Source: a virus | IMG/VR virus record: IMGVR_UViG_3300045988_099312 | Location: 1-55,517 of that record | DNA: 55,517 bases | Strand: one strand, 5' to 3' | In this document: positions 36,738-45,874 of the stretch, piece by piece | Position numbering within the stretch: the first letter of the stretch is position 1 | Layout of the letters: each line of letters starts with the position of its first letter | Made by a program: the position numbers and the translations under genes | The notes under the pieces: model-generated | Told to the model about the DNA's origin: nothing | What the model saw: only the letters and a program-made list of their open reading frames with translations | The model's database searches: none

Positions 36738-36788
36738 CCAAACTAATGAACTGAATTTTTCCTTTTTATACATATCCCATAAAGTTAT

Positions 36789-37177
36789 CATATAGCGATT
36801 TTTGGCATAAAGACCGAAAATCGCTATATTTGCATTTATTTGGTTTTACAGCGTTTCCCGAAGTTCAGCATATAACCAATCAAAAATCACGCAAGAACGT
36901 TTCTCATGGAAAATGTATACGCCTGTTCAATGCATTAAAATGGCGATTCTAGCGATTCCTGAAAATCCACTATACTCCACCCCATCCGATTAAATTTAGG
37001 CGTTTCCGAAACTGAGAAAAATGTATCATGCAAAACTAGCATAGCAAAATCGCCATTTAAGTAAAGAAAATACTTTACGTAAATGGGAAAACGTGGTATG
37101 ATATATACATAAGAGAGATACAGAGAAAAACAAAGAAATCTCTCGGAAATGAAAGAAAATCGGAGGAAACAAAAATG
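36789..37177 (+). repeat. Cassette copy B (terminator, conserved spacer, promoter, leader, RBS, ATG)
   Basis: Aligns along its whole length with 50523-50911 and with 55306-55400 plus 1-283. Terminator stem TAGCGATTTTTGG / CCGAAAATCGCTA at 36793-36826. Confidence 0.9.
37074..37102 (+). promoter_or_regulatory. SigmaA-type promoter of cassette B
   Basis: TTTACG, 17-nt spacer, TGgTATGAT. Confidence 0.7.
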
Positions 37178-37513
37178 ACTAAAGCAGAAATGAATGTAGA
37201 GTTAGCTCGTGTGTTAGCATCAAAAACCAACCGCCCAAGTCGAAGAGACGAAAGCGTCAGTAGGATTCTTGAAAGCCTACCAAAGGGAGCAAAAATTCTT
37301 TTCACGGAAGCCCGTGATATTTATGAATGGGATAGAATTAAAGATGATATTGGGGAGTATGAAGAAAATGAACTGAATTTTCTCTCCAGCGTTATGACAA
37401 AAGTGTATGGAACTATTTGGATGACTTATGATGAAAACATCAATAAAAAGGTTCTGATTGATATGAGCTTTTCCTCCGAACCTGGTGATGCATTATCCAT
37501 TGTGATTCTGTAA
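37175..37513 (+). CDS. Hypothetical protein (112 aa), single gene driven by cassette B
   Basis: RBS GGAGGAAAC. Convergent with the integrase gene. Confidence 0.75.
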   Translation: MTKAEMNVELARVLASKTNRPSRRDESVSRILESLPKGAKILFTEARDIYEWDRIKDDIGEYEENELNFLSSVMTKVYGTIWMTYDENINKKVLIDMSFSSEPGDALSIVIL

Positions 37514-37515
37514 AA

Positions 37516-37548
37516 TGAAAAAGAGGGGGCTACGCCCCTTCTTTTTTT
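37516..37548. terminator. Bidirectional rho-independent terminator between convergent genes
   Basis: A-run, stem GAGGGGGC / GCCCCTTC, T-run. Confidence 0.75.
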
Positions 37549-39235
37549 ACCATATGAACGTCTGTTTCAGACCGTTTCTAAGAGTGAGTGACTTAATTCG
37601 CCCGTCTTTGACAATGATAGAATCGATTATGCTGACAAAGAACTCATGCAGGACGGAAGGGCTTATTGTTTTCGCCAAGCGTTCATAACTCACAAAATTC
37701 CGATCTCCCAACTTCTTCGCTATAATGAACTCGCTTGCACGTCTAATAAAGTCTTCGTCTGAAATGGAAGTGCTGACGCTTGCGGTTTTAAAGGATGATA
37801 TTTCTTCATTGACTTCTTCCAGCGCGTCCGTGATGCACTTCTTTTGAACTACAAATTCTGTATCTGAAATTGCATCTTCTGAATACAAATAGATTTTTGT
37901 CAGCCGTTCCAAGGCACGCTCCTGCTTTCTCTTTTTCGCTTTTAATGCCGCCAACTTATTTTTCGTTGTTGATCCATCCCTTGCCACTATATTGTCACCG
38001 TAGATTTTTTGAATCCCCGTCAATGCCTTGATTGCATCATAGATCCTTTGCAGGTCTACTGGATTGATTGACTTGATGTAACTAAAAACGAAGCCGCGAA
38101 GAAGGATTTTTGAAAGCTCTGCCGTTGAATGAATATTGGTGCGTTGCTGCTGGGCATGAAGGAGGTTCACGATGTAGTTGATGATAAAATCGCCCAGTGT
38201 TAAATCTGTGACTGATTTGTTTTTGCACCTTTCGTCTGATGTTCTCCTTGTTGGACAAAGGTATCGTCCAAACTTCCATCCTTTTTTGCTCGTTACTGTT
38301 GATGTGTATCTTCTCCCACATTCCGAACAATAGATAAGACCGCCAAAGACATGCACATTGTTTTTTGTGATGTAAATATTATGAGCCGTTATTAGTCGTC
38401 TGTTTTCTTTTAGTTGAGCAATTACTTTTTCTTTTTGCTCTTCTGATATGATTCGCGGATGATGATTTTCTACTGTTATCCATTCGGATTCTGCTTTTGG
38501 TCTTTGCCTGTCGCCTTCCTTGCGAGTGTTATAACGATATGATCCGCAGTACCAAACGTTCGTCAGAATGATTCGCAACGAGTTTGGCGACCAGTCATTT
38601 TCGTATCTTGATTTGTAACCTAGTGAATTCAGTTTTTTGGCGGTTGATACTAAAGAGTTCGTTTGTTCGTAAGTGTCATGAATCAAATGGACAATGGCAG
38701 CTTCCTCTTCGTTGATTGAGAATGTCATTGATTTTTCGTCATAATCATAACCGTATGGGATTCGTCCGCCATTCCACTGCCCGCTTGCGGCTCGTGAAAT
38801 CATGGTCGCAGTTACTCGCTCAGATGTCATGTTTCTCTCAAGTTCGGCAAAGACGAGAATAATTTTTAACATCGCTTCGCCCATCGCGGTAGAGGTGTCG
38901 AATTGCTCGTTCTTTGAAACAAACGTAACGCCTAAAGACTTTAGCTCCTCGTACATTCCTGCAAAGTCAAGTAGATTGCGACTGATACGGTCAATTTTCC
39001 AAACCAGTACATGAGTAAAAAAACCACTTCGTATTAGGGACATCATTTCCTTAAATTTTGGGCGTTCCATGTTTTTTCCAGAGTATCCAGCGTCTTCGAA
39101 TATTGAATAGTTTTCCGTATGAAGCATTAACTTCGCATAAGAAATTAAATCTTTACGTTGCATTGGCAAAGAATCCTTGTCTATCTGATGTGTCGTTGAA
39201 ACTCGAATATAGATGGCTACCCTTGGATCAGTCAT
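37547..39235 (-). CDS. int: Large serine recombinase (integrase), 562 aa
   Basis: N-terminal resolvase catalytic domain 'VAIYIRVSTTHQ', a recombinase domain, and a Cys-rich zinc-ribbon segment 'CSECGRRY...CPTRR...C'. Confidence 0.9.
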   Translation of the reverse strand: MTDPRVAIYIRVSTTHQIDKDSLPMQRKDLISYAKLMLHTENYSIFEDAGYSGKNMERPKFKEMMSLIRSGFFTHVLVWKIDRISRNLLDFAGMYEELKSLGVTFVSKNEQFDTSTAMGEAMLKIILVFAELERNMTSERVTATMISRAASGQWNGGRIPYGYDYDEKSMTFSINEEEAAIVHLIHDTYEQTNSLVSTAKKLNSLGYKSRYENDWSPNSLRIILTNVWYCGSYRYNTRKEGDRQRPKAESEWITVENHHPRIISEEQKEKVIAQLKENRRLITAHNIYITKNNVHVFGGLIYCSECGRRYTSTVTSKKGWKFGRYLCPTRRTSDERCKNKSVTDLTLGDFIINYIVNLLHAQQQRTNIHSTAELSKILLRGFVFSYIKSINPVDLQRIYDAIKALTGIQKIYGDNIVARDGSTTKNKLAALKAKKRKQERALERLTKIYLYSEDAISDTEFVVQKKCITDALEEVNEEISSFKTASVSTSISDEDFIRRASEFIIAKKLGDRNFVSYERLAKTISPSVLHEFFVSIIDSIIVKDGRIKSLTLRNGLKQTFIW

Positions 39236-39265
39236 GGATTCTTACACCTCTTTTGAAATTAACCT

Positions 39266-39625
39266 TTATGATATGTACTGCTTGCTCGATTTATCGATTG
39301 ACTGGGCAATTTTGAAATCGATGAATGCTAAAACTTCCTGCTGAACCTCTACCGGGAGCTTGTGAAACTTCTTAATCAGAATTTTGTCTCGACCTGTTGC
39401 GAATGGAATTGGATAATTTTTCGACTCCATGCCCGTTACTAAGTAATCGAGTGAGACGTTAAAATATTTTGCTATTTCAGTTAGAGTATTTACCTTTGGT
39501 GTACCTCTTCCCTTTTTCCAATCTGAAATACTTGTGTGTGAAATTGCAAGGTCAGAAGTCAGCTTCAATGCTGTTATATTTCGCTCTGACATTAAATCTA
39601 GCACTCGCTCAATGATTGGGGACAT
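39266..39625 (-). CDS. XRE-family CI-like repressor (119 aa)
   Basis: ATG at 39625 preceded by GGAGGT. HTH 'ITALKLTSDLAISHTSISDWKKGRGTPKVNTLTEIAKYFNVSLDYL'. Lies 30 bp upstream of int on the same strand. Confidence 0.8.
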   Translation of the reverse strand: MSPIIERVLDLMSERNITALKLTSDLAISHTSISDWKKGRGTPKVNTLTEIAKYFNVSLDYLVTGMESKNYPIPFATGRDKILIKKFHKLPVEVQQEVLAFIDFKIAQSIDKSSKQYIS

Positions 39626-39813
39626 ATACGATACCTCCACTTTGGAGTTAGCCATAATATACTTGCAAATTATGGTAAACTCCGCTATAATAAGAATATA
39701 CATAAAAGCCATAATAATTACGAAAACACCGAAAATAAGCACAAATGTTACCGTAAATATTATAGCACAAATGTATAAGAGAGTTGAGGAATCGTAGGAA
39801 AGGAGATGATTTT
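39626..39813. promoter_or_regulatory. Divergent lysis/lysogeny switch region
   Basis: The + strand carries TTGCAA (39663-39668), 17-nt spacer, TATAAT (39686-39691). The - strand carries an extended -10 TGcTATAAT (complement of 39759-39767). Direct repeat GCACAAATGT at 39739-39748 and 39765-39774. Confidence 0.6.
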
Positions 39814-40017
39814 ATGGGAAATTCTGAATTGACATGGAGTCAAAGTGCTCGTATTGCCATGATTAAGAAGGGGATTACAACTGGAGAACTCGCCGAAATG
39901 GTTAAGCGTTCTCGACCGTATGTATCTAACATCATTAACGGAAGAGTGTTTTCTCCTGCAACGAACAAGCTGATCTCAGATATTTTGGATATCGAATATA
40001 AGGGCGGTGGCTATTGA
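39814..40017 (+). CDS. Cro-like HTH regulator (67 aa)
   Basis: RBS AAGGAG. 'ITTGELAEMVKRSRPYVSNIINGR' HTH. Divergent from the repressor gene. Confidence 0.75.
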   Translation: MGNSELTWSQSARIAMIKKGITTGELAEMVKRSRPYVSNIINGRVFSPATNKLISDILDIEYKGGGY

Positions 40018-40175
40018 TGAAAGAGAGGATAGTCGAATACTTAAAAGAAGAATTTGGAATTGAGACAGAGGAAGACTTCGAAAAGGTTGCTTCTGAATTT
40101 CATGGTGTTGACATATCAATTCTTGGAGGTGATTGTAGTGCTTCTGAATCGAATCAGATGGAGAAATGTGGCTAA
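40017..40175 (+). CDS. Possible small acidic protein (52 aa)
   Basis: ATGA overlap with the cro-like stop. Below the ORF-track size cutoff. Overlaps the next gene's GTG start by 38 nt. Confidence 0.3.
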   Translation: MKERIVEYLKEEFGIETEEDFEKVASEFHGVDISILGGDCSASESNQMEKCG

Positions 40176-40764
40176 ACTGCTTATTGTTGTTACTGGTGCC
40201 GCCGTATGCATTAGCTATGCGTGTGGGAAGACTTATGACTGTTATAGTCAAACCTCTTCGAAAGAGATGATTGTTGCCTCGCACGTTCAGGAAGAAGGAT
40301 TTAAAGAATATGAAATCCCCGAAGCATTTGCTTCCGAAGGTGGGAAAATGGATCTTCATACCCAAAGGCGTACATGGTACGCTTGCCATGCATACCACGT
40401 TTCCTATCCTCTTGTCCTTGCTGTTATTGAAGCAGAAAGTGGCTATAAGGCAGAGGCTAGGAATAATCTAGCAGGAGCGATTGGATACATGCAGATTGTT
40501 CCGGGCTGGCATCAAGCGCGCATTTCTCGAATGAACGCAGACATCGAAGAAATTCCGATTGACAACATTCTAGTTGGTATAGATTATATTGCCGAATTGC
40601 AGAAACATTGCGACGATCCCAATTATCTGTTGATGGCATACAACATGGGGCTTTCTGAAGCTACACGCCAATGGCTTTTAGGAGTACACTCAACCGAATA
40701 TAGCCGCTATGTCATTAGACGCTCTAAGGAAATTACAAAGGAGCTTGATGGGGCGTACATATAA
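40138..40764 (+). CDS. Membrane-anchored lytic transglycosylase (SLT domain), 208 aa
   Basis: GTG after GGAGG. N-terminal TM 'VAKLLIVVTGAAVCISYA'. The 'VIEAESGYK...AIGYMQIVP...MAYNMG' pattern matches the SLT catalytic signature. Confidence 0.7.
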   Translation: MLLNRIRWRNVAKLLIVVTGAAVCISYACGKTYDCYSQTSSKEMIVASHVQEEGFKEYEIPEAFASEGGKMDLHTQRRTWYACHAYHVSYPLVLAVIEAESGYKAEARNNLAGAIGYMQIVPGWHQARISRMNADIEEIPIDNILVGIDYIAELQKHCDDPNYLLMAYNMGLSEATRQWLLGVHSTEYSRYVIRRSKEITKELDGAYI

Positions 40765-40836
40765 TTTTTTTTGAAACGAAGTTTGGAAACAGCCATAAAT
40801 ACAAATGGTGTTATGGTTTATTCCGCTGGAGGAGAT

Positions 40837-41067
40837 ATGTGTGACATTTGTTTATCTAATCCACATTTGCCGCAGTGTCCATATGCGCCCGAGCCAAAGG
40901 GGGTTTATGAATGCTCCGTTTGTGGTGAACCAATTCGTGACGGGGACAAGTACGTTGACGGGCTTGGTGGATGTATTTGTGCCGATTGTATCGACGAAAT
41001 GAGTGTCAGTGAGTTCATGGAGCTTACTGGTGAGGATTTCAAGATAGCGAGGGAAGAGAATGAATAA
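40837..41067 (+). CDS. Cys-rich zinc-ribbon-like small protein (76 aa; may start upstream at 40771)
   Basis: ATG after GGAGGAG. Cys pairs CDIC...C, CSVCG and CICADC. Confidence 0.6.
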   Translation: MCDICLSNPHLPQCPYAPEPKGVYECSVCGEPIRDGDKYVDGLGGCICADCIDEMSVSEFMELTGEDFKIAREENE

Positions 41068-41923
41068 CGTACAAGTAGCGAACACTGCAGTTAATACTTT
41101 AAATGCTGTTAAAAACTCAATGACTTTGCCCGAAGTGAGATCTCGGTTTGAACAGGCTTTGGGGGATAGAGCGTCACAGTTTATGCTGTCGATTATCAAT
41201 GCTGTTTCTAATAATTCATCATTAGCACGATGCAATCCAAACTCCATCATGGCTGCTGCTATGGTGGCTGCAAGTATCGATTTGCCAGTTGATCCAAACC
41301 TTGGATTTTCCGCGTTAGTTCCGTACAAGGGGATATGCCAATTTCAAATGATGTATAAGGGGTTTGTACAACTCGCTATACGGACTGGCGCATACGAGCG
41401 AATGGGTTCTGCGGAAGTGTATGCAGATGAGTTGAAAAGGTACAATCCGATAACTGGAGAGTGCTTATTTGTTGATGACTTCTCACAATGTAGTGACCGA
41501 AAAAACAAGAATCAAAACAAAGTAATTGGATACTATGCATGGTTCAGATTGAAATCCGGGTTTACAAAAGAGCTGTATATGTCAAAAGATGAAGTCATTG
41601 CTCATGCGAAAAAGTATTCGAGTGCTTATAGGGCGGATCTTAATACAGGAAGCTATTCTAGCCAATGGACCGTCAATTTTGACACTATGGCGAAGAAGAC
41701 TGTGCTGAAACTTTTGCTATCTCGATGGGGTGTATTGTCTATTAAACTTCAGAAAGCGATTGAGGAAGACCAAAAAACGTTTAACGAAAATGGAACCTCT
41801 TCTTACGGGGATAATCAACCCGATTCCGATTGTTCTCGCATTCGGGTTCAAGAGCCGTGCTTCTTGAAATCAAAGGCTATAAGTGCGTCTAAGAAAGAGA
41901 ATGCAAGAGGGAACCGAAAATAG
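41060..41923 (+). CDS. recT: RecT-family single-strand annealing protein (287 aa)
   Basis: 'SIINAVSNNSSLARCNPNSIMAAAMVAASIDLPVDPNLGFSALVPYKG...MYKGFVQLAIRTG' matches the RecT pattern. Confidence 0.8.
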   Translation: MNNVQVANTAVNTLNAVKNSMTLPEVRSRFEQALGDRASQFMLSIINAVSNNSSLARCNPNSIMAAAMVAASIDLPVDPNLGFSALVPYKGICQFQMMYKGFVQLAIRTGAYERMGSAEVYADELKRYNPITGECLFVDDFSQCSDRKNKNQNKVIGYYAWFRLKSGFTKELYMSKDEVIAHAKKYSSAYRADLNTGSYSSQWTVNFDTMAKKTVLKLLLSRWGVLSIKLQKAIEEDQKTFNENGTSSYGDNQPDSDCSRIRVQEPCFLKSKAISASKKENARGNRK

Positions 41924-41948
41924 TTGGTTGAACTGGAGGAATTTTACC

Positions 41949-42743
41949 ATGATGCTTACAGAGGAAAACTATTATAGTACCGCAGCCAATAAAGAATATA
42001 TGAGCGTATCGCAATATAAAGATTTTGTTGGGGTGCCTGGTCATGTTGGTTGCGAGTTCTGCGCGATGCAGAAAATGAATGGTAATTGGTCTGATGGCAT
42101 GAATAATGCAATGATGATTGGATCTTACGTTGACCACTATTATGAAGGAACTCTCGAACCGTTCAAAGCGGAGCATCCTGAAATTTTTAAGAAGGACGGT
42201 ACGCTAAAGGCAGAGTTCGTGAAAGCTGAATCGGTTATTAACCGAATCAACAAAGATGAATATTTCCTGAAATATCTTGCAGGAGATAAACAGGCTATTA
42301 TGACGGCAAACCTCTTTGGAACGCCTTGGAAAATTAAGATGGATAGCTATTTTGAAGGGGCGGCTATTGTTGACTTAAAGGTAATGCAGTCAATTCGTGA
42401 TTTGTACTACGCCAAAGATTATGGACGAATGGATTTCATTCGATATTGGGGATACGACATTCAGGGGGCTGTTTATCAAGCTGTCGTAGAGAAGAATACA
42501 GGAAAGAAGCTCCCGTTTTATATTGCTGCGGCATCGAAGGAGTACGAGCCTGACATACAAATCATACAGGTAACACAGAATTATCTTGATGCGGCACTTG
42601 CTGGTGTTGAAGCGAACATAGATCGAGTTCTTGCGGTTAAGCGAGGCAACATAGAACCTCAACCGTGCAGTGTTTGTCCGTGCTGTAGGCATTATAAGAG
42701 GCTCACTTTTCCTATCGGCATCGACGACATTATCGGTTCGTAG
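41949..42743 (+). CDS. PD-(D/E)XK exonuclease (Cas4/RecB-like) partner of RecT
   Basis: RBS GGAGGA. 'AAIVDLKV' D-x-K motif. C-terminal Cys cluster 'CSVCPCCRHY'. Confidence 0.65.
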   Translation: MMLTEENYYSTAANKEYMSVSQYKDFVGVPGHVGCEFCAMQKMNGNWSDGMNNAMMIGSYVDHYYEGTLEPFKAEHPEIFKKDGTLKAEFVKAESVINRINKDEYFLKYLAGDKQAIMTANLFGTPWKIKMDSYFEGAAIVDLKVMQSIRDLYYAKDYGRMDFIRYWGYDIQGAVYQAVVEKNTGKKLPFYIAAASKEYEPDIQIIQVTQNYLDAALAGVEANIDRVLAVKRGNIEPQPCSVCPCCRHYKRLTFPIGIDDIIGS

Positions 42744-42751
42744 GAGGAAAG

Positions 42752-43474
42752 ATGGCATGGATAGCTATACATGAAACAATTCTAACCGGAAAGCTCCGCA
42801 TGTTGTCCAAAGAAGCTGGAGTCAGTCAAGATGAAGCACTGGGAATACTTGTCAGGCTTTGGTTGTGGGCAATTAACAATGCAGATGAATTTGGGAATTT
42901 AACTGGTGCTGATCTGGATGACATTGCTGACGTGCTTACCGTTGGATTGTCAAAAGGAATAGACCCGGTGAATATTGTTGATGCACTTATTGCTACAAAC
43001 TGGATTGAAAATAGTAGTGAAAAGCTCAAGATCCACAACTGGGATATTTGGCAAGAACAATGGTATAAAGTTTTGTCTCGGCGCAAAAGAGATAGAGAAC
43101 GGAAGGCATCGCAAAAGACTTGTGTTAGCACTGAAGTAAAGAGTGTTGACGTAACGCAAAGGGAAAAGAAGGGAAGAATCGAATATCCTGAAAAATTCGA
43201 AGAGTTTTGGGAAAAGTATCCACGCAAAGTTGGTAAGGGAGAGGCGTACAAGTGTTATAAGGCTCGTATCGCAGACGGTTGGAATCCCGACGTGCTTATT
43301 GAAGCTGCTGAAACGTATGCTGAGCAAGTGAAAAAAATGCACACTGAGGCGATGTATGTTAAGCATCCAAAAACGTTTTTATCTGCGACGACTCCGTTTG
43401 CTGATTACATTAGGAAGAAGGAAGTACAGTCCGATGTTACTGACGAGAGTGATCCATTTGGGGATTGGAGATGA
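42752..43474 (+). CDS. Replisome organiser / DnaD-like replication initiation protein (240 aa)
   Basis: N-terminal phage replisome-organiser pattern 'LGILVRLWLWAINNAD'. C-terminal 'FEEFWEKYPRKVGKGEAYKCY' motif. Confidence 0.6.
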   Translation: MAWIAIHETILTGKLRMLSKEAGVSQDEALGILVRLWLWAINNADEFGNLTGADLDDIADVLTVGLSKGIDPVNIVDALIATNWIENSSEKLKIHNWDIWQEQWYKVLSRRKRDRERKASQKTCVSTEVKSVDVTQREKKGRIEYPEKFEEFWEKYPRKVGKGEAYKCYKARIADGWNPDVLIEAAETYAEQVKKMHTEAMYVKHPKTFLSATTPFADYIRKKEVQSDVTDESDPFGDWR

Positions 43475-44262
43475 TTGCAATGGAACTGAAAAGATGCCCC
43501 GTGTGTGGAGGCTTTCTTGAACGGGTCGTAAAATTTCCTGTTATGGATGGAACCAAAATCATGGTTGAAAAGGTTGTTCCGGTTATGTGTCGGTGTCAGC
43601 TAGAGAAGGAAGCTAAAGCTGAACAAAAGGCAAAATACGAACGGGAAATGCGTGTTGTCGGTCGGCTAAAAAAAGAGTCGTTGCTAGATGCTAGACTTGC
43701 CAATGCTAGCCTTCGGCAATACAAACGTAATGGTGGAAACGATTTTGGGTATGTTGTTGCCGAAAGGTATATTTCAAAGTTTTCCGAACTGAAAAAGAGG
43801 GGGCAGGGGCTTCTCTTTTGGGGCGATGTCGGCACCGGAAAAAGCTATACGGCTGCTGCCATTGCTAATTCGTTGCTTGAACGGCGCATCCCTGTCATTA
43901 TGACCTCTTTGATTAAGATACTATCTCAGGCAGGAAGTGTAGGTGTAAGTGAGGACACTATCAGGAATCTTAACCGACCCGATCTGCTCATCTTAGACGA
44001 TTTTGGCGCAGAGAGAAACACTGATTATGCCATTGAGAATGTGTACAACATTATTGACAGCCGCTATCGAAGCGGAAAGCCACTCATCCTCACAACAAAC
44101 CTCACGCTTGAAGAAATGAAACGAACAGACGACAGACGGTATCAGCGTATTTACGATCGTATTTTCTCTATGTGCTTTCCTGTCAGATTTACAGGAGAGA
44201 GCTTCAGAAAGGTATCGGCAGTCCAGAGGTTTGATGAGATGAAAGAGATAATGAAAGGGTGA
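43465..44262 (+). CDS. DnaC/IstB-like AAA+ helicase loader (265 aa)
   Basis: Walker A 'GDVGTGKSYTAAA', Walker B 'LLILDDFGAE', N-terminal CPVCGG zinc ribbon. Confidence 0.8.
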   Translation: MEMIAMELKRCPVCGGFLERVVKFPVMDGTKIMVEKVVPVMCRCQLEKEAKAEQKAKYEREMRVVGRLKKESLLDARLANASLRQYKRNGGNDFGYVVAERYISKFSELKKRGQGLLFWGDVGTGKSYTAAAIANSLLERRIPVIMTSLIKILSQAGSVGVSEDTIRNLNRPDLLILDDFGAERNTDYAIENVYNIIDSRYRSGKPLILTTNLTLEEMKRTDDRRYQRIYDRIFSMCFPVRFTGESFRKVSAVQRFDEMKEIMKG

Positions 44263-44267
44263 TTGAA

Positions 44268-44471
44268 ATGTATGACAAGGTAAGAGATGACACATGTGAT
44301 GACGAAATTCGTATTCCGAGAGGCTTATTCTATGCTATTGTTCATGGGTTAAAGAAAGGAGCAAAAAATAGCGAAAAAATAAACCCTGAATTTGGTCGCG
44401 GACTGACCTTTGCTACAGATGTATTGAAGGGATTTGTTGAAGAACATGGAGAATTTGTATGTCAGAAATAA
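44268..44471 (+). CDS. Hypothetical protein (67 aa)
   Basis: ORF track 44259-44471. ATG 44268 after AAAGGGTGA. Confidence 0.55.
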   Translation: MYDKVRDDTCDDEIRIPRGLFYAIVHGLKKGAKNSEKINPEFGRGLTFATDVLKGFVEEHGEFVCQK

Positions 44472-44887
44472 ATTCGTTTTTTATCGCTGGCGAAGTACAA
44501 GCTAAGCAAAGACCTAAATTTAATGGGCGCTTTGCTTATACTCCGAAAGAAACAGTGTCGTATGAAAATCTAGTCAAGCTCCAGTATCAAGCGCAATGCG
44601 GAAACTATAGATACCCTGATGACGTTCCGCTTATTGTTGCAATCTTCGCGCATATTGAACCACCGCAATCAGCGTCCAATATCAAAAAAACTCGGATGCT
44701 AAATCAAGCGGAATATCCACTCAAAAAACCTGATGTGGATAATGTCGCAAAGATCATACTGGATGCACTAAACGGCATTGCGTATAGAGATGACAAGCAG
44801 GTAGTAACATTGATTGTTAAAAAGTCATATGCCGGAGAAAGCGGTGTGGGCGTAACTATTTCAGAGGTGGAGGTAAAAAATGAGTGA
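44459..44887 (+). CDS. rusA: RusA-family Holliday junction resolvase (142 aa)
   Basis: 'KKPDVDNVAKIILDALNGIAYRDDKQV' is the canonical RusA motif. Confidence 0.8.
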   Translation: MSEINSFFIAGEVQAKQRPKFNGRFAYTPKETVSYENLVKLQYQAQCGNYRYPDDVPLIVAIFAHIEPPQSASNIKKTRMLNQAEYPLKKPDVDNVAKIILDALNGIAYRDDKQVVTLIVKKSYAGESGVGVTISEVEVKNE

Positions 44888-45326
44888 GTTCAAGATTGGC
44901 ACCAGAGTGGAATGTAAAGCATTTGGCAAAGGAACAGTAATTGGATATGACGAGACTGATACGTCATATTACATCAAAGTACGATTTGACAACAGAAGAA
45001 CCGTTAACTGCTCAAAAGATGGGTATATTGAATTTACTAAAAATTGTCCACCGTACACGGTCAAGGCTATAACCGAAGAATGTAAAACGGATAAAATCAA
45101 CCCAAACTATTACAAAGGGGACATCGAATGTATCGAAGCTATCAAGGCTAGTATGACATGCGAAGAATATAGGGGGTTTTTGAAAGGACAGGTCATGAAA
45201 TACACATGGCGATACAGAGAGAAGGGCGGTGTTGTCGATTTACAAAAGGCAGGGTGGTATCTCGACAAGCTCGTAAAAGAGCAGTCTCTTGACGAAGTAC
45301 GGCATATGCCCGTGAATGAAAAATGA
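44880..45326 (+). CDS. DUF3310-like protein (148 aa)
   Basis: 'INPNYYKGDIECIEAIKA...GFLKGQVMKYTWRYREKGG..DLQKAGWYLDKL' matches the DUF3310 pattern. Confidence 0.65.
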   Translation: MSEFKIGTRVECKAFGKGTVIGYDETDTSYYIKVRFDNRRTVNCSKDGYIEFTKNCPPYTVKAITEECKTDKINPNYYKGDIECIEAIKASMTCEEYRGFLKGQVMKYTWRYREKGGVVDLQKAGWYLDKLVKEQSLDEVRHMPVNEK

Positions 45327-45874
45327 AGTGGAATAAAGTAAACCGCTATTGTTTCACTCCTGCTCGACAGTATGGATATACAGCAGTTTCGTTAGAGTTG
45401 ATTACGCCCAACGACAAGATGGATGAACTAAAGAATCTACTCGAATCCGACAAGTGCATAGTGGAAGCTAGAAAGTTAAAAATCAAGCGATCGCTATCGG
45501 CAAATGCTTATTGCTGGGTTGTGTGTGATGCATTGGCAAAAGTGCTACATTCGACAAAAGAGGACGTATATCGGACGGCAATACGAAATGTTGGCGTATG
45601 GGACACGATAGCGGTCAAGCCGTTTGCTTACGACTCTTTCCGCAGGAAATGGGAAAGCCACGGAATCGGGTGGTGCGTTGACATAGAAAGCAGACATCGG
45701 GACTATTGGGAGATCCGAGTTTATACAGGTTCGAGCTTATACACGAAAGAGCAAATGTCCCGACTGCTTGAGTGGTTAGTTGACGAAGCGGAACGGGAAC
45801 ACTTAGATGTAAAAACGCCGGAAGAAAGGAAGAAGCTCATTGATGAGTGGGAAAGAGAACGTTATGAAGATTGA
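45323..45874 (+). CDS. Hypothetical protein (183 aa), NinB/HNHc_6-like at pattern level
   Basis: 'KRSLSANAYCWVVCDALAKVL' resembles motifs of phage NinB/putative-HNHc proteins. This is weak evidence. Confidence 0.35.
   Translation: MKWNKVNRYCFTPARQYGYTAVSLELITPNDKMDELKNLLESDKCIVEARKLKIKRSLSANAYCWVVCDALAKVLHSTKEDVYRTAIRNVGVWDTIAVKPFAYDSFRRKWESHGIGWCVDIESRHRDYWEIRVYTGSSLYTKEQMSRLLEWLVDEAEREHLDVKTPEERKKLIDEWERERYED

Noticed and set aside
37514-39265. attP core next to the serine integrase
   Set aside because: The intergenic spaces flanking int (37514-37546 and 39236-39265) are very short and are occupied by a terminator or an RBS. Without a host attB or attL/attR sequence, no attachment site can be assigned.
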